Part shown: piece after piece, positions 1-8,730 of the stretch
Layout: each line of letters opens with the position of its first letter
Position numbering within the stretch: position 1 is the first letter of the stretch
NCBI GenBank assembly: GCA_947630575.1
Contig: CANRIB010000002.1
Location: 30,725-94,724, forward strand
Direction: 5' to 3'
Origin: an uncultured Bacilli bacterium
GTDB lineage: Bacteria; Bacillota_I; Bacilli_A; RF39; UBA660
Length of the DNA stretch: 64,000 bases
The notes under the pieces: generated by a model
The model's input: only the letters and a program-made list of their open reading frames with translations
Database searches by the model: none
Told to the model about the DNA's origin: nothing
Made by a program: the position numbers and the translations under genes

Positions 1-1058
1 CTTGAATCATTCCCTCCTGAAACTAATCTTAAATATGCTCCATAGTATGTTTGTGTTGTTCCAGTTCCACCTTCATCGTCCTCACTTCCCCATGCTGTTG
101 TCTTATCAGTTGAATTTCTTCTATCATTACAAAAACCTACATTTGAATCTATTTTTCCATCTCCATTATTAAATTCATCCTTTAAATTTTTATCAAACCA
201 TTCATTTAGTACAGTCAATACATTGCTTTTAGTAGCAGTATTTCCAAATCCATGTTTTTGATCAATTTGATATTCGAAACCCACGTATTCAACTCTATCA
301 CTATTATCATTATACTTTACATTTGTAGAATTATTTATTAACGCAGATTGTCCACTTGTTGTGTATCCTCCATCACTCGTTGCAGGCTTGCCCTCACCAG
401 CGTATATCATTCTAATTGTTCCATTTCCATTTATTCTAATAATTTGCCAATATATATCCTGACCCAAACTATTTTTTCCAAATTTTACCCAATTATCTTT
501 TACTTTTCCTCTAAAATAATATGTTGTTCCTAAATCATCTGTATCTGAATATAATATGGACTTTTTATTTCCATCTATATGTTCTTCTTTATCTATATCT
601 GTAAATCCATCTTGTCCAATATTTGTAGTTCTATTAGATAAAATTACTTCAGAAGCATTAATTTTGAAATCCAAATACACATAACATTTAGTACCCTTTT
701 TAGTTATTCCTATATATACTTTATTATCTTTATATTCCATTGGTATATTTTTCAATTGGGTAGTACCACTTCCAATTGTACAATAACTTTTATTTGTATT
801 TACTTCATAACTTCCACTTGGCACTTCGTCTTTTAAAGTATAGTTTTCACTACCTTTACTATCTTGTACTTTTAATGCTATTACATTTAAATCTGCTAAA
901 CTATAATTAACATTTCCATTAACTATTTGTATACTTTTGGTTACTTGATATTTTGCTTTGCTATTTGTTATATATATTATTCCCATTATAAATAGTAATG
1001 TTATTATAGCTACTATTATTTTCTTACTTTTTCCTTTACTTAACTTCTCTATTCTCAT
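1..1058 (-). CDS. Paralogous anchored secreted protein, copy 1. This is the N-terminal ~350 aa; the C-terminus lies beyond the window start. It has an N-terminal Lys-rich signal-anchor/TM segment, an N-domain with two Cys, and the family motifs YYFRG...IYWQIIRINGNGTIRMIYAG and GFCNDR.
   Basis: Reverse-strand translation gives MRIEKLSKGKSKKIIVAIITLLFIMGIIYITNSKAKYQVTKSIQIVNGNVNYSLADLNVIALKVQDSKG...; this aligns with ORFs 54131..55582 and 28852..30699. An AGGGAAG RBS precedes the ATG at 1058; an alternative upstream ATG is at 1097. About 290 bp (845-1135) are nearly identical to 55325-55620. Confidence 0.7.
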   Translation of the reverse strand, partial: MRIEKLSKGKSKKIIVAIITLLFIMGIIYITNSKAKYQVTKSIQIVNGNVNYSLADLNVIALKVQDSKGSENYTLKDEVPSGSYEVNTNKSYCTIGSGTTQLKNIPMEYKDNKVYIGITKKGTKCYVYLDFKINASEVILSNRTTNIGQDGFTDIDKEEHIDGNKKSILYSDTDDLGTTYYFRGKVKDNWVKFGKNSLGQDIYWQIIRINGNGTIRMIYAGEGKPATSDGGYTTSGQSALINNSTNVKYNDNSDRVEYVGFEYQIDQKHGFGNTATKSNVLTVLNEWFDKNLKDEFNNGDGKIDSNVGFCNDRRNSTDKTTAWGSEDDEGGTGTTQTYYGAYLRLVSGGNDS

Positions 1059-1078
1059 TAATCTTCCCTTCTTTATAA

Positions 1079-1112
1079 TTGATTTATTATCAATCATATT
1101 AGAAATTTCTAA
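1079..1112. promoter_or_regulatory. Two perfect palindromes, TTGATttattATCAA (1079-1093) and TTAGAAATTTCTAA (1099-1112), in the divergent promoter region between paralog copy 1 and its XRE regulator. They are candidate operators.
   Basis: Palindromes read directly from the sequence. The same TTAGAAATTTCTAA recurs at 55584-55597 in the equivalent position of copy 3. Confidence 0.45.
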
Positions 1113-1234
1113 CTTATACTAAAATTATAATATTAATAATGACAAAAGTCAAGAAAAATATAGATATTCTGAACATAGAATTTTTAAATACCAAATATAA
1201 TGAGAAAATTAAATTCAGAAAAGGACGATATATC

Positions 1235-1690
1235 ATGAATTATAATATGAATTTAAAAAACATTAGAATAAACAATAACTTAAATCAATCAGAAATCGCC
1301 AAAATTTTAAAAATTGCCAGAGTTACTTATACTCATTATGAAACTCAAGAAAACATTATTCCTCTTAAACATTTAATAGTTTTGGCCAATCATTTCAAAG
1401 TTTCTTTAGATTATTTATTAGGTCTAACAGATAAACCAATTAAAACTATAGAAAATATTGACTTAAACAAATGCTCTATTAGGCTTAAAGAATTTAGAAA
1501 AGAAAATAAATTAACGCAAGTTAAATTAGCAACATTTTTAAATATTGACCAACCAACTTGGTCTATCTATGAAAAAGGTAAAAGTCTTATTGGTACCCCT
1601 TTCCTATACATGATATGTGAAAAATACAACATCTCCGCCGACTATCTCTTAGGTCGAACTGATACTCCTAAATATTTAAAAACAAAATAA
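1235..1690 (+). CDS. XRE-family transcriptional regulator with two tandem HTH_XRE (Cro/C1-type) domains, copy 1.
   Basis: Two HTH_XRE domains are recognisable. The first is N-terminal (LKNIRINNNLNQSEIAKILKIARVTYTHYETQE...LIVLANHFKVSLDYLLGLTD). The second is C-terminal (KENKLTQVKLATFLNIDQPTWSIYEKGK...ICEKYNISADYLLGRTD). The track ORF starts at 1139, but an ATG at 1235 (MNYNMNLKNIR) with an AAAGGA RBS aligns with the start of paralog copy 3 (55711). The C-terminal half is about 80% identical to ORF 55702..56166. Confidence 0.75.
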   Translation: MNYNMNLKNIRINNNLNQSEIAKILKIARVTYTHYETQENIIPLKHLIVLANHFKVSLDYLLGLTDKPIKTIENIDLNKCSIRLKEFRKENKLTQVKLATFLNIDQPTWSIYEKGKSLIGTPFLYMICEKYNISADYLLGRTDTPKYLKTK

Positions 1691-1692
1691 AA

Positions 1693-1745
1693 ATGCTGTT
1701 ACAATTATATATACAAGATATATAATATCAGCATTATTTTTTTAA
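1693..1745 (+). terminator. Intrinsic terminator-like hairpin (AATGCTG...CAGCATT) followed by a T-run, downstream of the XRE gene.
   Basis: An inverted repeat is followed by ATTTTTTT immediately after the stop at 1690. Confidence 0.4.
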
Positions 1746-1827
1746 GTCTAAACTTAGGACTAATCTTGTATCCTAATTCTACTATACTAAACCTTAATCA
1801 AGTATATGAGTTTCTTTAGGATATTGG

Positions 1828-1935
1828 GCGCACACCATTCGTGTTATCCACGCGGTTGTTGTTGAGGTAGCCACTCGAATTCACATTGAACACGACAGCA
1901 TTGCCACTGCTGTTGGTGTTATACGGAGACTATAA
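1828..1935 (-). pseudogene. Remnant of the C-terminal end of a fourth member of the anchored secreted-protein family (about 35 codons).
   Basis: A locally GC-rich patch; reverse translation gives ...NAVVFNVNSSGYLNNNRVDNTNGVRPIS*. This is comparable to the paralog 3 C-terminus AHVFGVNSDGYLGSDYVYTTRGVRPVINLKADT. The upstream frame is closed, so only a fragment remains. Confidence 0.5.
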
Positions 1936-1962
1936 AAAATCAAACGTTTCAAAGATTAGCCC

Positions 1963-3135
1963 TTAACTAGTTATTTTTGCCATTTCTTTTTTAGCTTTAA
2001 TAGTTTTATTTTCAATAGATACCCTCTCTACCATAAATAACATAATTATAACATTAACGGTAAAGGAACCTCCATAACTAAGAAGTGGTAAAGGAACACC
2101 TGTTAAAGGTATTAAAGCTAAAATACCTAACAAATTAATTAATATATGCATAAGTAAATATAAAAATACTCCATAAGCCAAAATACTTAATCGCAAATTC
2201 TCTGCTTCTCTTGCAATTTTAAGTATTCTATAAAGCATAATCATATAACCTAAAATTAATAATACCCCTGTAACATATCCTAATTCTTCTACTATAATAG
2301 GAAAAATAAAATCAGTATGACTTTCCGGCAAATACAGATATTTCTGACTGCTATTTCCTAAACCTACCCCAAATAATCCCCCATTATGAATCGCAATAAA
2401 CCCATTACAAACTTGATAACCTGTATCTTCTGTATATCTTGAACAAGGATTTCTAAATTCAAATCTTTTTAATTGCCTTGAATTAAGTAGTTCTGTTCCA
2501 CTATAAAGTAAAGCAAGAAGCCCTACTCCAATACATACAACTCCTATTTTTAACACTTTAATAATATTTCTTTTAACTAAAGGAATACTTATAAATACAA
2601 AAAAAGTAATTCCACATATAATTAAAGCTGTTCCTAAATCTGGTTGTAAAGCAATTAATATTGCAATTATTAAAGCAACAACCACCGGAAACAAAAAAAC
2701 ATAAATATTCTTTGTCTTCATTTTATCAAGCTTACTATAAGCAACAGCCATAAATATAATTATAACTGATTTGGCAAACTCGCTTGGTTGTAAAGCAAAA
2801 GGTCCTATATCATACCAACTTCTCGCATTATTAGTAATACGTCCATAAACAAATAAACCCACTAACGCGACTATTATTCCTAAAACCATAAAGGGTGTTA
2901 AATATTTATATTTTGATGTTGGCACTCTAATAACTATTAAAAATCCCACTAAAAATGCAACTACTAAAAATATTGCTTGTCTTACAAAAAAATAATATTG
3001 AGGAACATTATATCTTAAAACTGTCGAAACACTAGAAGCTGAAAAAATCATAATCAGTCCTAATATACTAAATATGAACATTAATACTAATAACCATATA
3101 TCCATTTTTGAAAACAATTTTTTCACTCTGTTCAC
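1963..3135 (-). CDS. SEDS-family peptidoglycan glycosyltransferase / lipid II flippase (FtsW/RodA/SpoVE family).
   Basis: 390 aa with about 10 TM segments; motifs GGLFGVGLGNSSQKYLYLPESHTDFIFPII and LPLLSYGGS are typical of SEDS proteins. Confidence 0.85.
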   Translation of the reverse strand: MNRVKKLFSKMDIWLLVLMFIFSILGLIMIFSASSVSTVLRYNVPQYYFFVRQAIFLVVAFLVGFLIVIRVPTSKYKYLTPFMVLGIIVALVGLFVYGRITNNARSWYDIGPFALQPSEFAKSVIIIFMAVAYSKLDKMKTKNIYVFLFPVVVALIIAILIALQPDLGTALIICGITFFVFISIPLVKRNIIKVLKIGVVCIGVGLLALLYSGTELLNSRQLKRFEFRNPCSRYTEDTGYQVCNGFIAIHNGGLFGVGLGNSSQKYLYLPESHTDFIFPIIVEELGYVTGVLLILGYMIMLYRILKIAREAENLRLSILAYGVFLYLLMHILINLLGILALIPLTGVPLPLLSYGGSFTVNVIIMLFMVERVSIENKTIKAKKEMAKITS

Positions 3136-3258
3136 CCTACTCTAATTTTAACATACTTATCTTCCAAATAAAAGAAATTTTAAAAATTAGGGTATTTTTA
3201 ATGTCAAAAAAGCGCCCAAATGAGTAAACTATAATAGATACATAAAGGAGGTATAAAT

Positions 3259-3456
3259 ATGTATTACTATGGAAACAATGGTTACTACGGTGGTGGATAC
3301 GGTGGATACCAACCTTGTTGTAATAATAATGGAGGCGGCTATGCTGGGTACACTAGTGGTTATGGCTTAGGTGCTGCTATCTGGATTGTCTTATTCATTT
3401 TACTTGTAATTATCATTGGTGCAGGTTGGAATTTTGGCAATAACAATAATAACTAG
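3259..3456 (+). CDS. YjcZ-family small sporulation protein (Gly/Tyr-rich N-terminus, single C-terminal TM).
   Basis: 65 aa, MYYYGNNGYYGGGYGGY...AAIWIVLFILLVIIIGAG; a strong RBS AAAGGAGGT lies 8 nt upstream. Confidence 0.55.
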   Translation: MYYYGNNGYYGGGYGGYQPCCNNNGGGYAGYTSGYGLGAAIWIVLFILLVIIIGAGWNFGNNNNN

Positions 3457-3532
3457 GAAGCAAAAACTTCCTTTTTAATTGAAAAAAAAGCAATTTTATG
3501 TTAAAATAATACTTGTTTTAGGGGTGAAGAAC

Positions 3533-4084
3533 ATGAAGTTACCAGATTTAGTAATCTTAGACGAAAAAGATAAAAGATTAAGAGAAACTAGTAAAGAAGT
3601 TATATTTCCACTTAGCCAAGAAGATAAAGCTCATATTCATGATATGATAGATTATCTAACTATGAGTCAAATACCCGAATATAGTGAAAAATATTCTCTT
3701 CGTCCTGGCATGGGTCTTGCTTATATTCAAACAGGTATTCCCAAAAGAATATTTGTCATTGTAGAAGAACTTGATGAAGGAGAATTTAAAAATTACATTG
3801 TTATTAATCCCAAAATAATTAGCCACAGTGAAGAAATGATTTATGTTGGCGAAGGCGAAGGTTGTCTAAGCGTCAATCGAGAGGTTGAAGGAATAGTCCC
3901 TAGATATGCTAGAATTACTGTTGAAGCTTATGATGAACTTGGAAATAAGTATCAAATAAGAGTAAGAGAAGATATAAGTGTTGCCTTCCAACATGAAATA
4001 GATCACTTAAATGGCATCTTATTCGTTGATAAAATTGACCCTAAAAATCCTTATAAAAATAGATCTAAATACCGTGAAATATAA
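3533..4084 (+). CDS. def: Peptide deformylase.
   Basis: PDF motifs GMGLAYIQ, EGCLS and QHEIDHLNG (HEXXH). The start was chosen at MKLPDL, preceded by a GGGGTGAAG RBS (the track ORF begins at 3479). Confidence 0.85.
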   Translation: MKLPDLVILDEKDKRLRETSKEVIFPLSQEDKAHIHDMIDYLTMSQIPEYSEKYSLRPGMGLAYIQTGIPKRIFVIVEELDEGEFKNYIVINPKIISHSEEMIYVGEGEGCLSVNREVEGIVPRYARITVEAYDELGNKYQIRVREDISVAFQHEIDHLNGILFVDKIDPKNPYKNRSKYREI

Positions 4085-4127
4085 GATAGTAACCCTATCT
4101 TTTTTAATTAAAAAAATCTAGACAAGT

Positions 4128-7070
4128 CTAGACATTTTCTAAATTAACACTTACTAGTTTACTAACTCCTGACTCTTGCATTGTAATACCATATAATACA
4201 TCGGCATATTCCATCGTTCTTTTTTTATGGGTAATTAAAATAAACTGACTAGCCTCTTTCTTACTTTGCAAATATTTACCAAAAGTATCTACATTAGCTT
4301 CATCTAAAGCTGCTTCTACTTCATCTAATATACAAAAAGGACTAGGTTTAACATTTAATATTGCAAACAAAACTGCAATCGCCGTCAAAGTTTTTTCTCC
4401 ACCTGAAAGTAAAACAATTGATTTTAATTTCTTTCCTGGAGGTTCTGCTTCTATTTCTATCCCAGTATTTAAAATATCATCTGGATTAGTTAATCTTAAA
4501 TTACCTTTACCCCCCTTAAATATCTTTCTAAATACTTCATTAAACTCTTTACTAATTAAATCAAAAGTAGTTTTAAATTTATCAATCATAATTTTATCCA
4601 TTTCTGAAATAATATTATTAAGTTCCAAAGATGATTCCTCTAAATCTCCACTTTGTTTAAGTAAAAAATTATATCTTTCACTAACTCTTTCATATTCCGC
4701 AATCGAACCTGTATTAACCGTTCCCAAACTAAATATTTCTTTTTTTATTGCCTCTACTTTACTTCTAGCTAAATCAATTGGTAAATCTAACTCATAATTA
4801 GTTTTAGCATATTCATAAGTTAAAGAATAATTCTCCGATAATTCTAAAAGTAAATTATCTAATTTAACATCATACTTTCCTAATTCTATTTCTTTTTCTT
4901 TTAAATTATTTTGAACATGATTATATTCTAAATTAATCTTCCGATATTTAGTTTCTACTTCATTTATTTCTTCATCTAATTCAGACTTTTGTTTCTTTAA
5001 CTTTTCTAATTCTTTTAAAGCTAATTCTTTTTCACTAGCTACTTGATTAGATTCTTCCAAAATACTTATTAACTTTTGATCTAATTTATTAGTACTTATC
5101 TCTTCGTTTCCTTTAATTTCTAATTCTTTCTTATTTAAAGCTTCTTCTATTCCTCTAATCTTATTAGTTCTTGTATTAAGTATTTCATTTAAATTAATTA
5201 ATTGTTTAGAAATCTCACTTGTTTTATCTTCTAAAACCCCATAATTATTATTAAATTCTCTTTCTTCTTTTCTTAAATTATCTAATTCTATTTTTGTAAC
5301 TTCTAATTGTTCCTGTAATTCACTCAACTTTAATTTATCATTTAAATGACTATTATTATTTTTTATTGACCCTCCTGTAACAGAACCTCCCGAATACAAT
5401 ATTTCTCCTTCTAGTGATACTACCCGATATTTATATCCAAGCACTCTTCCTATTTCATTTAAAGCATCCATATCTCTTACAACAATTACATTTCCTAATT
5501 GATTTTTAATAATATTATCATATTCTTTATCATATTTCACTAAATTAGATGCGATATTAATAAAACCATTATTGTACTTAATCTTTTCTATATCACTATC
5601 TAAAACATTTTTACCCTTAATAACATTAAGTGGAAAAAAAGTAGCTCTACCTAGATTATTTTCTTTTAAATAACTAATACACTCTTTCGTACTATTATCA
5701 TCTTCTACTACCAAGAAATTAATAGCCCCACCTAAAGCTGTTTCTATTGCTATGTTATATACTTGTTCTACTTGAATAAGATTCCCAATTGTATTATGAA
5801 CTCCTCTAAGTCGCATATTATTAAGCACACTTCTAACAGCACTCGGCATTTTTGAATTATTACTAATGTTTTCTTCTAAAATATTAATTTTATTTTCTAA
5901 AATTAAAATATTTTTCTCTTTTAAATTTATATCATTACTTAAATTATTCTTTTTAACTTTCGCCATAATAAGCTTATTATCAAGCTCATCTTTTTCAATA
6001 GACTTTTCTTTAATATCATTAATAAGATCTGTTAATTTAGACTTTTCCGTTGTCATATCTTTTTTTAAAGCTAATTCTTCTTCTTTTAATTTTATTAAAG
6101 CTTCTTCTAAATTACTTTCGTTAGTTTCATATTTTTTTCTTTCCATTGTCACTAACTTTTCCGCTTCCAAACTAGCTAAATTCTCTGTAAGTTTAATATA
6201 TTCATTATTTTTAGCTGTAATCTCTTCTCTTAGTTTTAAATCATCTAATTTTAATTTTTCCAATTTCGAATTATCTTCTGAATTATTAGAACTCATCTTC
6301 CCTAATTCTTCTTGAAGTTTTGCTACTTCTACTTTTATTTTCTTATAATCAATATTAATTTCTGAAATATCATGAGCAATTAAAGCAATTTCAATATTTT
6401 TAAGTTCTTCTGTTAAAGCTAAATATCTTTTGGCAACTACACTTTGTTTCTCTAAAGGTTTAACACTTTTTTCTAATTCTTCTATTACCAGTTTAATTCT
6501 TGCCAAATTCTCTTGCGTTTTATCAAGTTTTTTTAAACTTGCTTCTTTTCTTTTTTTATACTTTAAAACTCCCGCGGCATCCTCAAATATTACTCTTCTT
6601 GCTTCTGGCTTATTACTTATAATATCCATTACACTACCCTGAGAAATAATATTAAAAGAATCATTACCTGCTCCTGTATCTAAAAACAAATCTGTAACAT
6701 CTTTAAGTCTTACTTTACTATTATTAATATAATATTCATTTTCTCCTGTTTTATATATTACTCTTTTAACTTCTATTTCTTTAAATTCACTATTTAAATA
6801 ATGATCACTATTATCAAACAAAAGAGAAACATACGCTCTAGATAAAGGATCTCGTGTTGCCGAACCATTAAATATAATATCACTCATTGCTTCAGTTCCT
6901 CGTAAAGATTTTAATGATTGTTCCCCAAGTACCCATCTAACTGCATCAACAATATTACTTTTACCCGAACCATTAGGCCCTACAATCGCCGTAATACCTT
7001 TTTTAATTTCTAAATCTATTTTATCGGCAAATGATTTAAAACCAAATGCCCTAATATTCTTTAAATACAA
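4128..7070 (-). CDS. smc: Chromosome segregation protein SMC.
   Basis: N-terminal Walker A (GPNGSGKSN), long coiled-coil arms with a hinge, and a C-terminal signature (LSGGEKTLTAIA) with Walker B (ILDEVEAALD). Confidence 0.9.
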   Translation of the reverse strand: MYLKNIRAFGFKSFADKIDLEIKKGITAIVGPNGSGKSNIVDAVRWVLGEQSLKSLRGTEAMSDIIFNGSATRDPLSRAYVSLLFDNSDHYLNSEFKEIEVKRVIYKTGENEYYINNSKVRLKDVTDLFLDTGAGNDSFNIISQGSVMDIISNKPEARRVIFEDAAGVLKYKKRKEASLKKLDKTQENLARIKLVIEELEKSVKPLEKQSVVAKRYLALTEELKNIEIALIAHDISEINIDYKKIKVEVAKLQEELGKMSSNNSEDNSKLEKLKLDDLKLREEITAKNNEYIKLTENLASLEAEKLVTMERKKYETNESNLEEALIKLKEEELALKKDMTTEKSKLTDLINDIKEKSIEKDELDNKLIMAKVKKNNLSNDINLKEKNILILENKINILEENISNNSKMPSAVRSVLNNMRLRGVHNTIGNLIQVEQVYNIAIETALGGAINFLVVEDDNSTKECISYLKENNLGRATFFPLNVIKGKNVLDSDIEKIKYNNGFINIASNLVKYDKEYDNIIKNQLGNVIVVRDMDALNEIGRVLGYKYRVVSLEGEILYSGGSVTGGSIKNNNSHLNDKLKLSELQEQLEVTKIELDNLRKEEREFNNNYGVLEDKTSEISKQLINLNEILNTRTNKIRGIEEALNKKELEIKGNEEISTNKLDQKLISILEESNQVASEKELALKELEKLKKQKSELDEEINEVETKYRKINLEYNHVQNNLKEKEIELGKYDVKLDNLLLELSENYSLTYEYAKTNYELDLPIDLARSKVEAIKKEIFSLGTVNTGSIAEYERVSERYNFLLKQSGDLEESSLELNNIISEMDKIMIDKFKTTFDLISKEFNEVFRKIFKGGKGNLRLTNPDDILNTGIEIEAEPPGKKLKSIVLLSGGEKTLTAIAVLFAILNVKPSPFCILDEVEAALDEANVDTFGKYLQSKKEASQFILITHKKRTMEYADVLYGITMQESGVSKLVSVNLENV

Positions 7071-7088
7071 CTTTAATCATCCTTTACT

Positions 7089-7796
7089 TTAAGCTCTCTT
7101 ATTAAGTGCCGCCTTAGCTGCTTGTTGTTCAGCTTCTTTTTTACTTTTACCGACACCTCTACCATAAACTATTCCATCAATAACCACATCAAAAACAAAA
7201 GTTTTATCATGACTAGGCCCCTTCTCACTCACTAACACATATTCTAATGTTTTTCTATCCGTTTGGACTAATTCTTGTAATCTTGACTTATAATCTCCCA
7301 AAAACATATGATGTTCTTTAATATAAGGAGTTAATACTTGAAGAACATAATCTTTAGCAACCATAAAACCTTTATCTAAATATATTGCTCCTAAAACACT
7401 TTCAAAACAGTCCGCGATAATCGTATCATTAACATCTTTTAATTGCCCATTTCCTACTTTAATATATTTATCAATACCTATATCTTTCGAATATTGTGCC
7501 AAAGCTTCTTCACATACAAAACTTGCTCTAACCTTTGATAATTCTCCTTCCCCCACTTTTAAAGTATTATAAAAGTATTCACTTGTAATTAACTGTAAAA
7601 CTGCATCCCCCAAAAATTCTAGCCTCTCATAATTTTCTCCCCCATGTTCATTTGAATAACTACTATGAGTTAAAGCCATCTCTAAAAGTTCTTTATTATC
7701 TATCTTAATTTTAAATTTATCTAAAAAATTCATATCAATCAATCCTTTATAATCTAAAACCATTATATCAAAAGAAAACAAAAAAATAAACAGCAA
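7089..7796 (-). CDS. rnc: Ribonuclease III.
   Basis: RNase III signature HSSYSNEHGGENYERLEFLGDAVL plus a C-terminal dsRBD (GKSKKEAEQQAAKAAL). The likely true start is the ATG at 7733 (MNFLDKF). Confidence 0.9.
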   Translation of the reverse strand: MLFIFLFSFDIMVLDYKGLIDMNFLDKFKIKIDNKELLEMALTHSSYSNEHGGENYERLEFLGDAVLQLITSEYFYNTLKVGEGELSKVRASFVCEEALAQYSKDIGIDKYIKVGNGQLKDVNDTIIADCFESVLGAIYLDKGFMVAKDYVLQVLTPYIKEHHMFLGDYKSRLQELVQTDRKTLEYVLVSEKGPSHDKTFVFDVVIDGIVYGRGVGKSKKEAEQQAAKAALNKRA

Positions 7797-7822
7797 GCTG
7801 TCTATTTAATCCATTTTTCTCT

Positions 7823-8260
7823 TTATCTATTTAATTTTTCATTCTTTTCCATATTTACAACTCTAATCTCAGATTCTAATATCTTCCCCTCAAAAATAAT
7901 ATAACTACACCAATTAAAATTGCCATCAAAATAACTAATTAAACCACTTTCTAAATCTACTGCTCGATAAAAGTAAATTCCCTTATCAAATATCATTTCC
8001 ACCAAAAATTCTCTTTCGGGATCTTCTAAATCATAAATTTGGCCTTTATAATATTCTGTTTTTAATAAAACTAAAGCCCTTAAATCTTCTTTCATCTTTT
8101 GATATTCTTTAATTTCATTTAAAGCTAAATCTTTATAAAAATGATTAGCTAAAAACTTTTCTTTATTAAGAATCCCCAAATTTATTCTTTTTAATAAATC
8201 ACTCAAAATTAAACTTTGTTCCATAATTTTCTCCTTATATCTATTATAAGGAATAATCAT
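7823..8260 (-). CDS. Hypothetical protein (145 aa).
   Basis: Open frame with AT-rich codon usage consistent with neighbouring genes; no recognisable motif. Confidence 0.45.
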   Translation of the reverse strand: MIIPYNRYKEKIMEQSLILSDLLKRINLGILNKEKFLANHFYKDLALNEIKEYQKMKEDLRALVLLKTEYYKGQIYDLEDPEREFLVEMIFDKGIYFYRAVDLESGLISYFDGNFNWCSYIIFEGKILESEIRVVNMEKNEKLNR

Positions 8261-8274
8261 TAAAAATCAAGTAA

Positions 8275-8640
8275 TTATATCCATTTAGATATATATATCT
8301 TTCTCGTAACTTCTAGTTCATACTTTCTAAATATACTAATAATACTTTCTACAATTGCTCTAACGACATCTGTAACATTTCTTTTAATTCTAATTGAACG
8401 CATTTCTTGTTGTAATGTTTTTCTAAAACTATAATCATCCACATATTTTCCCATAATTCTATCTATTTCCATCGCATTTTGTGTATCTTCTTCATTATCT
8501 AAATCTATTCTAAAAATAAAATCATGATATATTTTAACTAATTCTAAAGAAATATTATCTCCCTCTAAAAAATCTGTATTCATAATTCTATTAAAATTTT
8601 TACAATAACTAAGTATTTTCTTATTATTTTCTACTTTCAT
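8275..8640 (-). CDS. Hypothetical protein (121 aa).
   Basis: Open frame in tandem with 7823..8260 upstream of rnc; no recognisable motif. Confidence 0.45.
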   Translation of the reverse strand: MKVENNKKILSYCKNFNRIMNTDFLEGDNISLELVKIYHDFIFRIDLDNEEDTQNAMEIDRIMGKYVDDYSFRKTLQQEMRSIRIKRNVTDVVRAIVESIISIFRKYELEVTRKIYISKWI

Positions 8641-8730
8641 ACCCTCACCTTTACTTTTTACTTTACAATATAATATTAACTCTGTTAATTTAATTTGTCA
8701 AATAAAAATTTTCTGTTATAATAATATTAG

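Noticed and set aside
348-533. Track ORF 348..533 (+), 61 aa.
   Set aside because: It lies antisense within paralog copy 1 and has no RBS.
1810-1940. The GC-rich patch was considered as a possible rRNA/tRNA fragment or horizontally acquired island.
   Set aside because: No cloverleaf or rRNA similarity was found. Minus-strand translation instead matches the conserved C-terminus of the paralog family, so it is called a gene remnant.
5866-6642. Track ORFs 5866..6315 (+) and 6430..6642 (+) inside smc.
   Set aside because: They are antisense to the well-supported SMC coding frame. Their low-complexity S/F/L-rich translations are typical of the reverse strand of a K/E-rich coiled-coil gene.
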